A DNA stretch of 63,307 nt. Origin: Clostridia bacterium (GTDB lineage: Bacteria; Bacillota; Clostridia; Oscillospirales; CAG-272). Numbering within the stretch: the stretch's first letter is position 1; each line of letters opens with the position of its first letter. The stretch lies in assembly GCA_017412675.1 (NCBI GenBank), contig JAFPWV010000014.1, positions 1-63,307 on the forward strand, given 5' to 3'. Under the pieces are notes generated by a model. The model ran no database searches, was not told where the DNA came from, and saw only the letters and a program-made list of their open reading frames with translations. The translations under genes were made by a program, and so were the position numbers. This document shows positions 8,840 through 17,424 of the stretch, piece by piece.

Positions 8840-10096
8840 TTATCGCGCGGAAAGCACGTCCTTTTCGTATTGTTTCATCATCGGGATCCAGCTGTCGCCG
8901 GCCGGGACGCCCTGCATCTCGCAGTACGCGTTCCAGACGAGGCCGAACGGGAGGGTCTTGAGCTCTTCGAGATAGGCGAGACGGCTGGTAAAGTCGCCGT
9001 CCAGCTCGAACTTCTGGAGCATCTTCACGGGCTCGAGGTTGGCCCAGAGGATGGCCTTCTGCATGTTGCGGGTGCCCATGGTCCATGCGGCGATGCGGTT
9101 GATCGAGCCGTCGAAGAAGTCGAGGCCGATGTTGACGCGTTTTTCAAAGCCGCCGCGGTGGATCTCGCAGGCGATGGCCTTGAGCTCATCGTCGAGGATG
9201 ACGACATGGTCGGAGTCCCAGCGGACCGGACGGGAGACGTGGAGCATCACGCCGTCGAGGTACTGGAGCGTCGAGGAGAGCTTGTCGGAGACCATTTCGG
9301 TGGGATGGAAGTGGCCGGTGTCGAGGGTGAGGAGGATGCCGTGCTTCATCGCGCAGCCCATGTAGAACTCATGGGAGCCGATCGTGCAGCTCTCGAGACC
9401 GATGCCGAAGAGCTTGGATTCGACGGAGTCGAGGTTGTATTCCTTGGAGATCTTCTCGGCGAAGATCTCGTCGTAGGAGCGGGCGAGGTTCTCTCTCTTG
9501 CGGGCGCGGTTGACCGGGGTGTCCTTGAAGCCGTCGGGAACCCAGAAGTTGATGACGGAAGGCTGACCGGTCGCCTTGCCGAAGGCCTCGGAGACCTTGC
9601 GGGAGAGGATGCCGTGCTCAACCCAGAATCTGCGGATGCCCTCGTCATCGGAGGAGAGGGTGAAGCCGTCCGCGGAGAGCGGGTGGGAGAAGAACGTCGG
9701 GTTGTAGTCGAGGCCGAGGCCCTGTTCCTTCGCCCAGTCGATCCACGAGGCGAAGTGCTCGGGGCCGATCTCGTTGCGCGCGACCTTTTTGCCGTTGGAA
9801 TCGAGGTAGATGGCGTGGAGGGAGAACTTCTTCTTTCCGGGGATGAGGGACTTCGCAAACTCGAAATCCTTTCTCAGCTCGTCGATGTTTCTCGCCTTGC
9901 CCGGGTAGTTGCCGGTGGACTGGATGCCGCCGGTGAGATCGCCGTCCGCCGCTTCAAAGCCCGCGACGTCGTCTCCCTGCCAGCAATGGATGGAAACGGG
10001 GATAGATGCGGTTGCCTTCAGCGCGGCGTCGACGTCAACGCCGTACCTGACATAAACGTTTCTCGCGATTTCCAGCGCCTTTTCGATGTTCAGCAT
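8840..10096 (-). CDS. rhaA: L-rhamnose isomerase
   Basis: 418 aa, the length of RhaA, with an RhaA-like sequence (SIHCWQGDDV, FSLHAIY, HFHPTE, WDSDHVV). AAAGGAG RBS. Confidence 0.9.
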   Translation of the reverse strand: MLNIEKALEIARNVYVRYGVDVDAALKATASIPVSIHCWQGDDVAGFEAADGDLTGGIQSTGNYPGKARNIDELRKDFEFAKSLIPGKKKFSLHAIYLDSNGKKVARNEIGPEHFASWIDWAKEQGLGLDYNPTFFSHPLSADGFTLSSDDEGIRRFWVEHGILSRKVSEAFGKATGQPSVINFWVPDGFKDTPVNRARKRENLARSYDEIFAEKISKEYNLDSVESKLFGIGLESCTIGSHEFYMGCAMKHGILLTLDTGHFHPTEMVSDKLSSTLQYLDGVMLHVSRPVRWDSDHVVILDDELKAIACEIHRGGFEKRVNIGLDFFDGSINRIAAWTMGTRNMQKAILWANLEPVKMLQKFELDGDFTSRLAYLEELKTLPFGLVWNAYCEMQGVPAGDSWIPMMKQYEKDVLSAR

Positions 10097-10141
10097 GTGT
10101 TGACTCCTTTGAGATTCAAGATGGTGTCCGGTTCGGGCCCC

Positions 10142-11623
10142 TCACTCCCCGATGAGGGAGAGGAAGCGTCCGTATGCGTCGTCCCACGCGGCCTTGATGG
10201 ATGCGTCGGGCGTATATTCTTCGATCGGGAAGGAGGAGCGAATCACGCGGCGGGCTTCCCACATGTCGCGGATCTCTCCGGCGGCGATGCACTGCATGGC
10301 GATGTTGCCGAGCGTCGTCGCTTCGACGGGACCTGCCAGCACGACCCGCCCGGATGCGTCCGCCGCGAACTGGGAGAGCATGGTCTCCTTCGTGCCGCCG
10401 CCGACGATGCTGATGACGGGGTATTTCCGTCCGGTCATCTCCTCGAGCTTCTCGGCGGTCCAGCGGTACCGGAGCGCGAGGGACTCGAAGATGCAGCGGA
10501 CGATCTCGCCGATGTTCTCGGGGACATGCTGTCCGGTCTTCGCGCAGTAATCGCAGATCCGCTTCGGCATGTTGCCTGCGGTCGAGAAGAGCGGATCGTC
10601 GGGGTTGACGACGGACTGGAGGGGCTTCGAGGCCATGGCCATTTCGGAGAGCTCGTCGAAGGTGAAGCTCTTCCCCTCTCTCTTCCACTGTCTGCGGGAT
10701 TCCTGTTCGATCCAGAGGCCCATGATGTTCTTGAGCACCCGGATGGTCCCGAAGACGCCGCCTTCGTTCGTGAAATCGTATTTTTCGGAGAGGTCCGTGA
10801 TGACCGGCTCCGGCGATTCGATCCCCATCAGGGACCAGGTACCGCTCGAAATATAGAGGAAGTTTTCGTCCGATGCGGGGACGGAGAGGACGGCGGATGC
10901 CGTATCGTGTCCGGCGACCTTCAAAATCTTCGCGCCGGTGTTGCCGGTCTCCTCTTCGATGGCCGGGAGCATCTTCCCCATGTCGTAGCCGGGCTCGACG
11001 AGGTCGCAGAGCAGCTTTCTCGGCACGCCGCATTTTTCGAGCAGCGCGTCCGCATAGCGCCGGGCCTTCGCGTCGAGCATCGCGCCGGTCGAGACGATCG
11101 TGTATTCGCTCTTCTTTTCCCCGGTCAACAGATAACCGAGCAGGTCGGGCATGTGGAGGAGCGTTTCGGCGTTCTCCACCACCCACGGACGGTCGCGCAG
11201 ATCGGCCGCGATCTGGTAGAGGGTGTTGAAGTTGAGGGACTGGATGCCCGTCGTGCCGTAGATCTCGGAGCGCGGGGCGAGCTTTTCAAACACATAGGAC
11301 TGGATGCTGTCCGTTCTCGTGTCGCGGTAGTGATAGGGATTCGAGAGGAGCGCGCCGGTCTTGTCGAGATAGCCGTAGTCGACGCCCCAGGTGTCGATGC
11401 CGACGGAATCGATGCCGCCCGCGTGGGACGATTTCAGAATCGCCGTCTTGATTTCAAAGAGCAGCCGCAGCGTATCCCAGAAGAAGCCGCCCGGCATCAT
11501 CACGGGATCGTTCGAGAAGCGGTGGATTTCCTCCAGAGTAAAGCGTTCGCCGTCAAATCCGCCGAGGATTCCCCGTCCGCTCGATGCGCCGAGGTCGACG
11601 GCCAGCATTTTTTTCGCAGCCAT
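10142..11623 (-). CDS. rhaB: Rhamnulokinase (FGGY carbohydrate kinase)
   Basis: 493 aa. FGGY N-terminus AVDLGASSGR, plus GIDTWGVDYG, HMPDLL and GGG.KE motifs typical of RhaB. GGAGACC RBS. Confidence 0.9.
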   Translation of the reverse strand: MAAKKMLAVDLGASSGRGILGGFDGERFTLEEIHRFSNDPVMMPGGFFWDTLRLLFEIKTAILKSSHAGGIDSVGIDTWGVDYGYLDKTGALLSNPYHYRDTRTDSIQSYVFEKLAPRSEIYGTTGIQSLNFNTLYQIAADLRDRPWVVENAETLLHMPDLLGYLLTGEKKSEYTIVSTGAMLDAKARRYADALLEKCGVPRKLLCDLVEPGYDMGKMLPAIEEETGNTGAKILKVAGHDTASAVLSVPASDENFLYISSGTWSLMGIESPEPVITDLSEKYDFTNEGGVFGTIRVLKNIMGLWIEQESRRQWKREGKSFTFDELSEMAMASKPLQSVVNPDDPLFSTAGNMPKRICDYCAKTGQHVPENIGEIVRCIFESLALRYRWTAEKLEEMTGRKYPVISIVGGGTKETMLSQFAADASGRVVLAGPVEATTLGNIAMQCIAAGEIRDMWEARRVIRSSFPIEEYTPDASIKAAWDDAYGRFLSLIGE

Positions 11624-11669
11624 ATCGGTCTCCTTCCAAAAGATCCTTCGGTGAGGTCAGAATCGGTAT

Positions 11670-12533
11670 TCAGAGGCTCTGCGCGGTCTTCGGGATGCAC
11701 CAGCGCAGGTGTTCCGCGGCGGCGGCAAAGGCCTCGGTGGAGGTGGCATAGGCATTGCCCAGCGCGGTGCGGGGGCCGCCTTCGAGCGCTTCGAGCCCGG
11801 CGAACACGCGCAGATGGGGCTCGAGCGTGAGGACGAAGTCGCCGGAATAAATCATGTTGACGACGGCGAGCGTCTCGGGGATGCACCCGACGCCCATGCC
11901 CGCGGGAACGATGGTGCCGTTCTGCTCGGCGTCCTTGATGTGCATGTAGGTGATGTAGCGCTTCAGAAGATCGAACGCATCCTCGAAGGGCACGGCGCCG
12001 CACTGGATGAAGTTCGCGGGATCGAACACGCAGCCGTAGCGGCCGTCAAACGCGGTCATGATGTCGAGGCAGCGCTCCGGGGTGTCGCCGTAGATGCCCT
12101 TTTCGTTTTCGTGGCAGAGCTTGAGACCGTATTCGTCGCCGATCTCGAGCATCTTTCCCATCCGGTCGAGGACCTCGCCGCGGTATTCCTCGTACTTGCC
12201 GTCCGGGATGTAGTAGGAGAACACGCGGATGCGGGACGTGCCGAGGCGGAGGGCGACTTCGCAGGTGTTGCGGAGCTTGTCGAGGTGGGGCTCGATGGGA
12301 TCCGTCACCCCGATCTTGCCGATGGGCGAGCCGACGGCGGATACGGAAATGCCGTGCGCGTCGAGCTTGCGCTTCACGTCGGCGGCCTGCTCGGGCGTGA
12401 GGTCGGAGACGTTCGTCCCGTCCACGCCGCGCACCTCGGTCATTTTGATTTTATTGAGGAGAAGCCCCTCGATCTGTTCGTCGAGAGAGGAGGAATATTC
12501 GTCGGAAAACGCGCTGAATCTGAATCGTACCAT
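11670..12533 (-). CDS. Xylose-isomerase-like TIM-barrel protein (sugar phosphate isomerase/epimerase family), first gene of the rha array
   Basis: The family pattern begins at MVRFRFSAFSDEY. I chose the internal ATG at 12533 because GGAG lies 9 nt upstream. The longer ORF-track start at 12650 adds a non-homologous, Arg/Phe-rich extension. Confidence 0.75.
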   Translation of the reverse strand: MVRFRFSAFSDEYSSSLDEQIEGLLLNKIKMTEVRGVDGTNVSDLTPEQAADVKRKLDAHGISVSAVGSPIGKIGVTDPIEPHLDKLRNTCEVALRLGTSRIRVFSYYIPDGKYEEYRGEVLDRMGKMLEIGDEYGLKLCHENEKGIYGDTPERCLDIMTAFDGRYGCVFDPANFIQCGAVPFEDAFDLLKRYITYMHIKDAEQNGTIVPAGMGVGCIPETLAVVNMIYSGDFVLTLEPHLRVFAGLEALEGGPRTALGNAYATSTEAFAAAAEHLRWCIPKTAQSL

Positions 12534-12765
12534 ATCGGTTGTAACTCCGTTCGTGTTGTTGTTCGGGCCCGATTTCGCGTGAAAAAAGGAATCCGCGCGG
12601 AACCGGATACAGAACCATCTTATTATAGCACCATTTTTCCGTTTTTGCAATGGATTTCCCGCGAAAAACAGACGTTTCCCGCGGTACTTTGATGATTATT
12701 TATCGATAATATGATGAATTTTTACCGAAAATTCACGTTTTGACGACAACAATCGCCCGAAAAAC

Positions 12766-15138
12766 TCAGAGTTCGAGCACCGTGACGCCGTAATCTCCCT
12801 CGCCGTAAGCGCCGACGCGGAAGGATTTGATGCGTTTGTCGCGCTTGAACTGGTTGTGAAGCGCGTTCCGGAGCGCGCCCGTTCCCTTGCCGTGGATGAC
12901 GGTTGCCTGATGCACGCCGGCGACGATGGCCGAGTCGATGTACTGATCGACGACGAACCACGCCTCCTCCCCGGTCATCCCGCGCACGTCGCATTCGAGC
13001 TTGAAGGACTTCGTGACCTGCGACCTTGCCTTCGCCTCGCGCTTCTGCTCCGCCCGCTGCGCTTCCTCCCCGTCCTCGAGGAGCCGGAGGTCCTTGACGT
13101 TCACGCGCATTTTCACGACGCCCATGCGGACGTTCGCATTGCCGTTTTTGTCCGGGTCCTCGAGCATCACGCCCTGGGTGCCGAGGTTGCGGTGGCGGAT
13201 CACGTCGCCCTTTTTCAGGGGCCGCGGAAGGACGTAATCGTCGTCGTCATCCGCCCCGAGCACGGGGTTCATCCGGTCGTCGTAGTCGCGCACCCGCTGA
13301 CGCACGTTCTTCTTCGCGTCCGCGATCGCCTCGCCGAACCGCTCGGAATCCTTTTCGCGCTTCGCCTTTTCAAGCTCCGTGATGACGAATTCGGAGGTCG
13401 CGCGCGCCCCGTCAAGGAGCTCCTGTGCCTTTTTGCGCATCCGGTCGGCTTCCTTTTCCGCGCCCGCGAGCTTCTCCCGGAGCTCCGCCTCGGACTTGGC
13501 GCGGTATGCTTCAAATTCCCGCCGGGACTCCTCCGCTGCGGCCTTCTGCTTTTCGAGATCGATCCGCGCCGCTTCGAGCTTCGTGATCACGGCCTCGAAG
13601 TTCTGCGAACCCGTGTCGACGAAATGCTCCGCGCGCTTGACGATGCCGGGGGCCAGCCCGAGCTTCTCGGAGATCGCGAAGGCGTTGGACTTGCCGGGCG
13701 TGCCGATGATGAGGCGGTAGGTCGGCCGGAGCGTCTCGATGTCGAATTCGCACGACGCGTTCACAACGCCCTCCGTCTCGATGGCGTAGGCCTTGAGCTC
13801 GGCGTAATGCGTCGTCGCCGCGCAGAGGGTCCCGTTCATGCGGGTCTCCTCGAGGATCGACATGGCGAGCGCCGCGCCTTCAACCGGGTCCGTGCCCGCG
13901 CCGAGCTCGTCGAAGAGGACGAGGGAGTTCTCGGTCATCTTGTCGATGATCGTGACGATGCCCTTCATGTGCGAGGAGAAGGTCGAGAGGGACTGCTCAA
14001 TGGACTGCTCGTCGCCGATGTCGGAGAAGACCTCGTCGAAGACGCCCATGACGGAGGTGTCGTCCGCCGGGATGTGCAGCCCCGCCTGTGTCATGAGCGC
14101 GAAGAGGCCGAGGGTCTTCAGCGTGACGGTCTTGCCGCCGGTGTTCGGGCCGGTGATAACGACCATCTGATAATCCCGCCCGAGCGTGATCGAGATCGGG
14201 ACGACGGTCTTTTTATCGAGGAGGGGATGGCGCGCGCGGTAGAGCTCGATCACGCGCTTGTCGGAGATCTGCGGCGCCGCGGCGTTCATCGCGAAGGACA
14301 GCTCGCCGCACGCGAAGATGAAGGCCAGCTCCGTGATGTTGAGATAGTCGAGGACGAGCGTCTGCCCGGAGACGGCGATGCCTGCGGAGAGGTCGCGCAG
14401 GATGCGTTCGATCTCGTGGGCTTCCTTTGCTTCGAGCTCGCGCAGCTCGTTGTTCGCCTCCACGACGGCCATCGGCTCGATGAAGATCGTCGCGCCGGAG
14501 GAGGAGGTGTCGTGCACGAGGCCCTTGACCTCGTTCCGGTACTCCGCCTTGACCGGGATGACGAAGCGCCCGCCGCGGGTGGTGACGATGTTTTCCTGCA
14601 AATACTTGGACTGCCCGGAGACGTATTTCTGGAGGATGTCCTTGATCTTCGCGTCCGTGTTCCGCTTCTTGCGGCGGATGTCGGAGAGCTCCGGGGACGC
14701 CTCGTCGGCGACGAAATCCTCCGCCACGATGGAGCGGGTGATCTTGTCCTCGAGGGGGCGGTTGGGCGTCAGGCGCTCGAAGATCTCCATGAGGGAGGTG
14801 TCGGGCGTCCGGTCGCTCTTCACATAGTCGGTCAGGGACCGCGCGGTGCGGAGGACGGCGGCGCAGTCGAGCAGCTCGCGCAGGGAGAGGATCGCGTCCT
14901 TCTCCGCGCGCTCGACCGACGGCCGGATATCCGTCACGCGTCCGAACGTGGGCAGGCCCTTCAGGCCGATCAAGGTCTTGGCGTCCGTCGTATGGGAAAG
15001 GCGGAGGCGGACCTTGTCGATGTCGGAGGTCGGGGTCAGCCGACGCGCCATCTCCGCCGCGCCCTCGGTCTGCGCGTGGGTCGCAAGGAGCTCGAGGATC
15101 TTGTCAAATTCGAGAGTCGTTAAGGCTTTTGCGTTCAT
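12766..15138 (-). CDS. mutS2: Endonuclease MutS2 (MutS ATPase plus C-terminal Smr domain)
   Basis: Walker A GPNTGGKT, DELGAGTDP, a long coiled-coil region and a C-terminal Smr domain (VIHGKGTGALR). I prefer the start at 15138 (MNAKALTTLEF, GAGG RBS). The ORF-track start at 15180 has no RBS. Confidence 0.9.
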   Translation of the reverse strand: MNAKALTTLEFDKILELLATHAQTEGAAEMARRLTPTSDIDKVRLRLSHTTDAKTLIGLKGLPTFGRVTDIRPSVERAEKDAILSLRELLDCAAVLRTARSLTDYVKSDRTPDTSLMEIFERLTPNRPLEDKITRSIVAEDFVADEASPELSDIRRKKRNTDAKIKDILQKYVSGQSKYLQENIVTTRGGRFVIPVKAEYRNEVKGLVHDTSSSGATIFIEPMAVVEANNELRELEAKEAHEIERILRDLSAGIAVSGQTLVLDYLNITELAFIFACGELSFAMNAAAPQISDKRVIELYRARHPLLDKKTVVPISITLGRDYQMVVITGPNTGGKTVTLKTLGLFALMTQAGLHIPADDTSVMGVFDEVFSDIGDEQSIEQSLSTFSSHMKGIVTIIDKMTENSLVLFDELGAGTDPVEGAALAMSILEETRMNGTLCAATTHYAELKAYAIETEGVVNASCEFDIETLRPTYRLIIGTPGKSNAFAISEKLGLAPGIVKRAEHFVDTGSQNFEAVITKLEAARIDLEKQKAAAEESRREFEAYRAKSEAELREKLAGAEKEADRMRKKAQELLDGARATSEFVITELEKAKREKDSERFGEAIADAKKNVRQRVRDYDDRMNPVLGADDDDDYVLPRPLKKGDVIRHRNLGTQGVMLEDPDKNGNANVRMGVVKMRVNVKDLRLLEDGEEAQRAEQKREAKARSQVTKSFKLECDVRGMTGEEAWFVVDQYIDSAIVAGVHQATVIHGKGTGALRNALHNQFKRDKRIKSFRVGAYGEGDYGVTVLEL

Positions 15139-15241
15139 GAGGGTACCTCGTGGTGCGTTCTGCGCTTTTTCGTCCGTCATGCGGAACGGGCGTCCCCGGA
15201 CAACGCGCGGAACGGCATGTGGATTCCGGGAATTCTCAGCT

Positions 15242-16030
15242 TTATATCTTGATTTTCTTGTAGTATTCCAGCGACGTGAAGCCGTGCTCGATGTGGTTGA
15301 GCAGATACCGCTCGGCGATCACGCCGAACAGCGACTGCTCCGGCTTGTCGAGCGTGAAGGACAGGAATTTCTTCTGCGGCGCGTCTTCGAGGAACCGCAG
15401 GGCTGCGAGCACCGGAGGGCTGACCCGGATGAGGATCTTCGCCGTCTCGTCCGCGAGGTATGCGGGATCGTTTTCGAGGAGCGCGCGGCACTTCTTGCAG
15501 AGCAGCCGCCCGTTCATCACGTCGAGCGTCGAATCCTCCCCGGTGACGTCCCGCCCGCAGACGGCGCACCCCGAGAGGTCCGGCATGAATCCCTCCTGCG
15601 CGGCGAGGCGGAATTCAAACGCGCCCCGGATCAACTCGAGGGGGATGTCCTTCTTGTTTGCGATCGCCCAGAGGGTATTCAGCGTCAAACTCATGAGCGG
15701 CGCGTTCTCGATCTCCTCCTGCGCAAATTCGCACGCCGCGTCGCAGATATAGTTCGCCAGCGCGAGCCTCTCGACGTCGTAGCGCAGTTCCATGAAGTTG
15801 TCGATGAAGAACGCGTCGGCGATGTACCAGTATTTCGACCGGCGCCGGAGCAAAAAGGTGCTGTACGCGAACATCTGCGCGGACGCGGCGTACTTCGAGC
15901 GCAGGGACGAGACGCCCTTGCCGCTCACCGTGATCCGCCCGCGCTCCGCAGTCAGAAGGGTGATGATCTTGTCGGCTTCCCCCGTCGCCGTTTCCCGCAC
16001 GACGAGACCGTCGATCTCGAGCTCTTCCAT
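15242..16030 (-). CDS. recO: DNA repair protein RecO
   Basis: 262 aa with an OB-fold N-terminus and a CxxC...CxxC zinc motif (CAVCG...LCKKC). It sits in the conserved position after era. Confidence 0.85.
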   Translation of the reverse strand: MEELEIDGLVVRETATGEADKIITLLTAERGRITVSGKGVSSLRSKYAASAQMFAYSTFLLRRRSKYWYIADAFFIDNFMELRYDVERLALANYICDAACEFAQEEIENAPLMSLTLNTLWAIANKKDIPLELIRGAFEFRLAAQEGFMPDLSGCAVCGRDVTGEDSTLDVMNGRLLCKKCRALLENDPAYLADETAKILIRVSPPVLAALRFLEDAPQKKFLSFTLDKPEQSLFGVIAERYLLNHIEHGFTSLEYYKKIKI

Positions 16031-16036
16031 GGCCGT

Positions 16037-16921
16037 TTACTCCTCGGGACGGAAGCCGAGGTTGTAGAGGGACGCCTCGCTGTCTCTCCACTTCTCCTTG
16101 ACCTTCACCCAAAGGTTGAGGTACACCTTCGTTCCGAAGAAGTCTTCCATGTCTTCTCTCGCGTAGGTCCCGATGCGCTTGAGGGTCTCGCCGTTCTTGC
16201 CGACGATGATGCCCTTGTGGCTCTGCTTCTCGCAGTAGATCTCGGCGCGGATGCGGAGGATGTCCTCCTCGTCCTTGAATTCCTCGATGACGACGGCGCA
16301 CCCGTGGGGGACCTCGTCGGAGAGGAGGCGCAGGGTCTTTTCCCGGATGATCTCCGCGGCGATCTGGCGCTCCGGCTGATCCGTGAGGCTGTCGCCGTCG
16401 AACATCCAGTCGCCCTCGTAGAGGAACTGCGCGCACTCGTCGAGCACCTCGTCCACGTTCTTGCCGTTCACCGCGGCGGTCGGGACCACGGCGTTGAAGT
16501 CGTGCAGGGCCGCGTAGCCCGCGATGGTCTCGGCGAGCTTCTCGCGGTTCACGAGGTCGATCTTGTTCAAAACGAGGATCGCGGGCAGCCCCGCCTTCTC
16601 GATCTGGTCGATGAGGTTCTTCTCGACCTCGCCCGCCGGATAGCCCGCTTCCGCGATGAGGATCACCGCATCCGCCGCCCCCACCGAGGAGCGCACGGAT
16701 TTCATCATGTATTCGCCGAGCTTGTTCTTCGCGCGGTGAACGCCCGGCGTGTCGAGGAACACATACTGGTCCTCGCCCTTCGTGAGGATGCCGGCGATGC
16801 GGCTGCGCGTGGTCTGCGGCTTCGGGGAGACGATCGCGATCTTCTCGCCGAGGAGGTGGTTCATCAGGGTGCTTTTGCCGACGTTCGGCCGGCCGACGAT
16901 GGCGATAAAGGCGGTTCTCAT
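16037..16921 (-). CDS. era: GTPase Era
   Basis: G1 GRPNVGKST, G3 DTPG, G4 NKID and a C-terminal KH domain (VGKNG..LK.IG). Confidence 0.95.
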   Translation of the reverse strand: MRTAFIAIVGRPNVGKSTLMNHLLGEKIAIVSPKPQTTRSRIAGILTKGEDQYVFLDTPGVHRAKNKLGEYMMKSVRSSVGAADAVILIAEAGYPAGEVEKNLIDQIEKAGLPAILVLNKIDLVNREKLAETIAGYAALHDFNAVVPTAAVNGKNVDEVLDECAQFLYEGDWMFDGDSLTDQPERQIAAEIIREKTLRLLSDEVPHGCAVVIEEFKDEEDILRIRAEIYCEKQSHKGIIVGKNGETLKRIGTYAREDMEDFFGTKVYLNLWVKVKEKWRDSEASLYNLGFRPEE

Positions 16922-17424
16922 TGGATCTCTTCCTCTCTTTGCTTCACTTCAAGACCGATCTTCTTCATGACGGCGCGCTGACGGGCACGCATCTCGGCCT
17001 CTTCCTCTTCCGAATTCACATGGTCATAGCCCAGAAGGTGCAGGACCGAGTGGACCGTCAGAAACGCGCATTCCCGCTCGTAGCTGTGTCCGAATTCCTC
17101 CGCCTGTTCCGCGGCGCGTTCCAGCGACAAAACGATGTCGCCGAGCTCGCAGATCTCCCCGGGCCGGGGCATGTCCCCGTTCTTCATGTCGTACATCGGG
17201 AAGGAGAGCACGTCCGTCGGGGCGTCGATCCCGCGGAATTCTCGGTTCTTCTCCCGGATCCCCTCGTTGTCCGTAAAGGTCACGGACACCATCGCGTCCT
17301 GCTCGAAGTTCTCGCAGGCGAGCGTCGCGCGCACGGCTTTCCGGATGAGGCGGCGAAGGCGGAACCCGGCCTTCTTTCTGGTCTGATCGTTTGAAAAATC
17401 GATGCGGAGCTTCATGTCGTTCAC
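16918..17424 (-). CDS. ybeY: rRNA maturation endoribonuclease YbeY
   Basis: HSVLHLLGYDH zinc motif. 168 aa. It has 4-nt overlaps with both neighbouring genes. Confidence 0.9.
   Translation of the reverse strand: MNDMKLRIDFSNDQTRKKAGFRLRRLIRKAVRATLACENFEQDAMVSVTFTDNEGIREKNREFRGIDAPTDVLSFPMYDMKNGDMPRPGEICELGDIVLSLERAAEQAEEFGHSYERECAFLTVHSVLHLLGYDHVNSEEEEAEMRARQRAVMKKIGLEVKQREEEIQ

Noticed and set aside
8558-11830. 1090-aa plus-strand ORF spanning the capA-rhaA-rhaB region
   Set aside because: It is an antisense shadow ORF crossing three well-supported minus-strand genes and their intergenic gaps. It has low-complexity V/G/E/D/A/R content and no RBS.
12700-12709. Perfect 10-bp palindrome TTATCGATAA in the AT-rich region upstream of the rha array
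   Set aside because: It is short, occurs once, and I could not define a neighbouring promoter. No regulator gene is nearby. The evidence is too weak to call it an operator.
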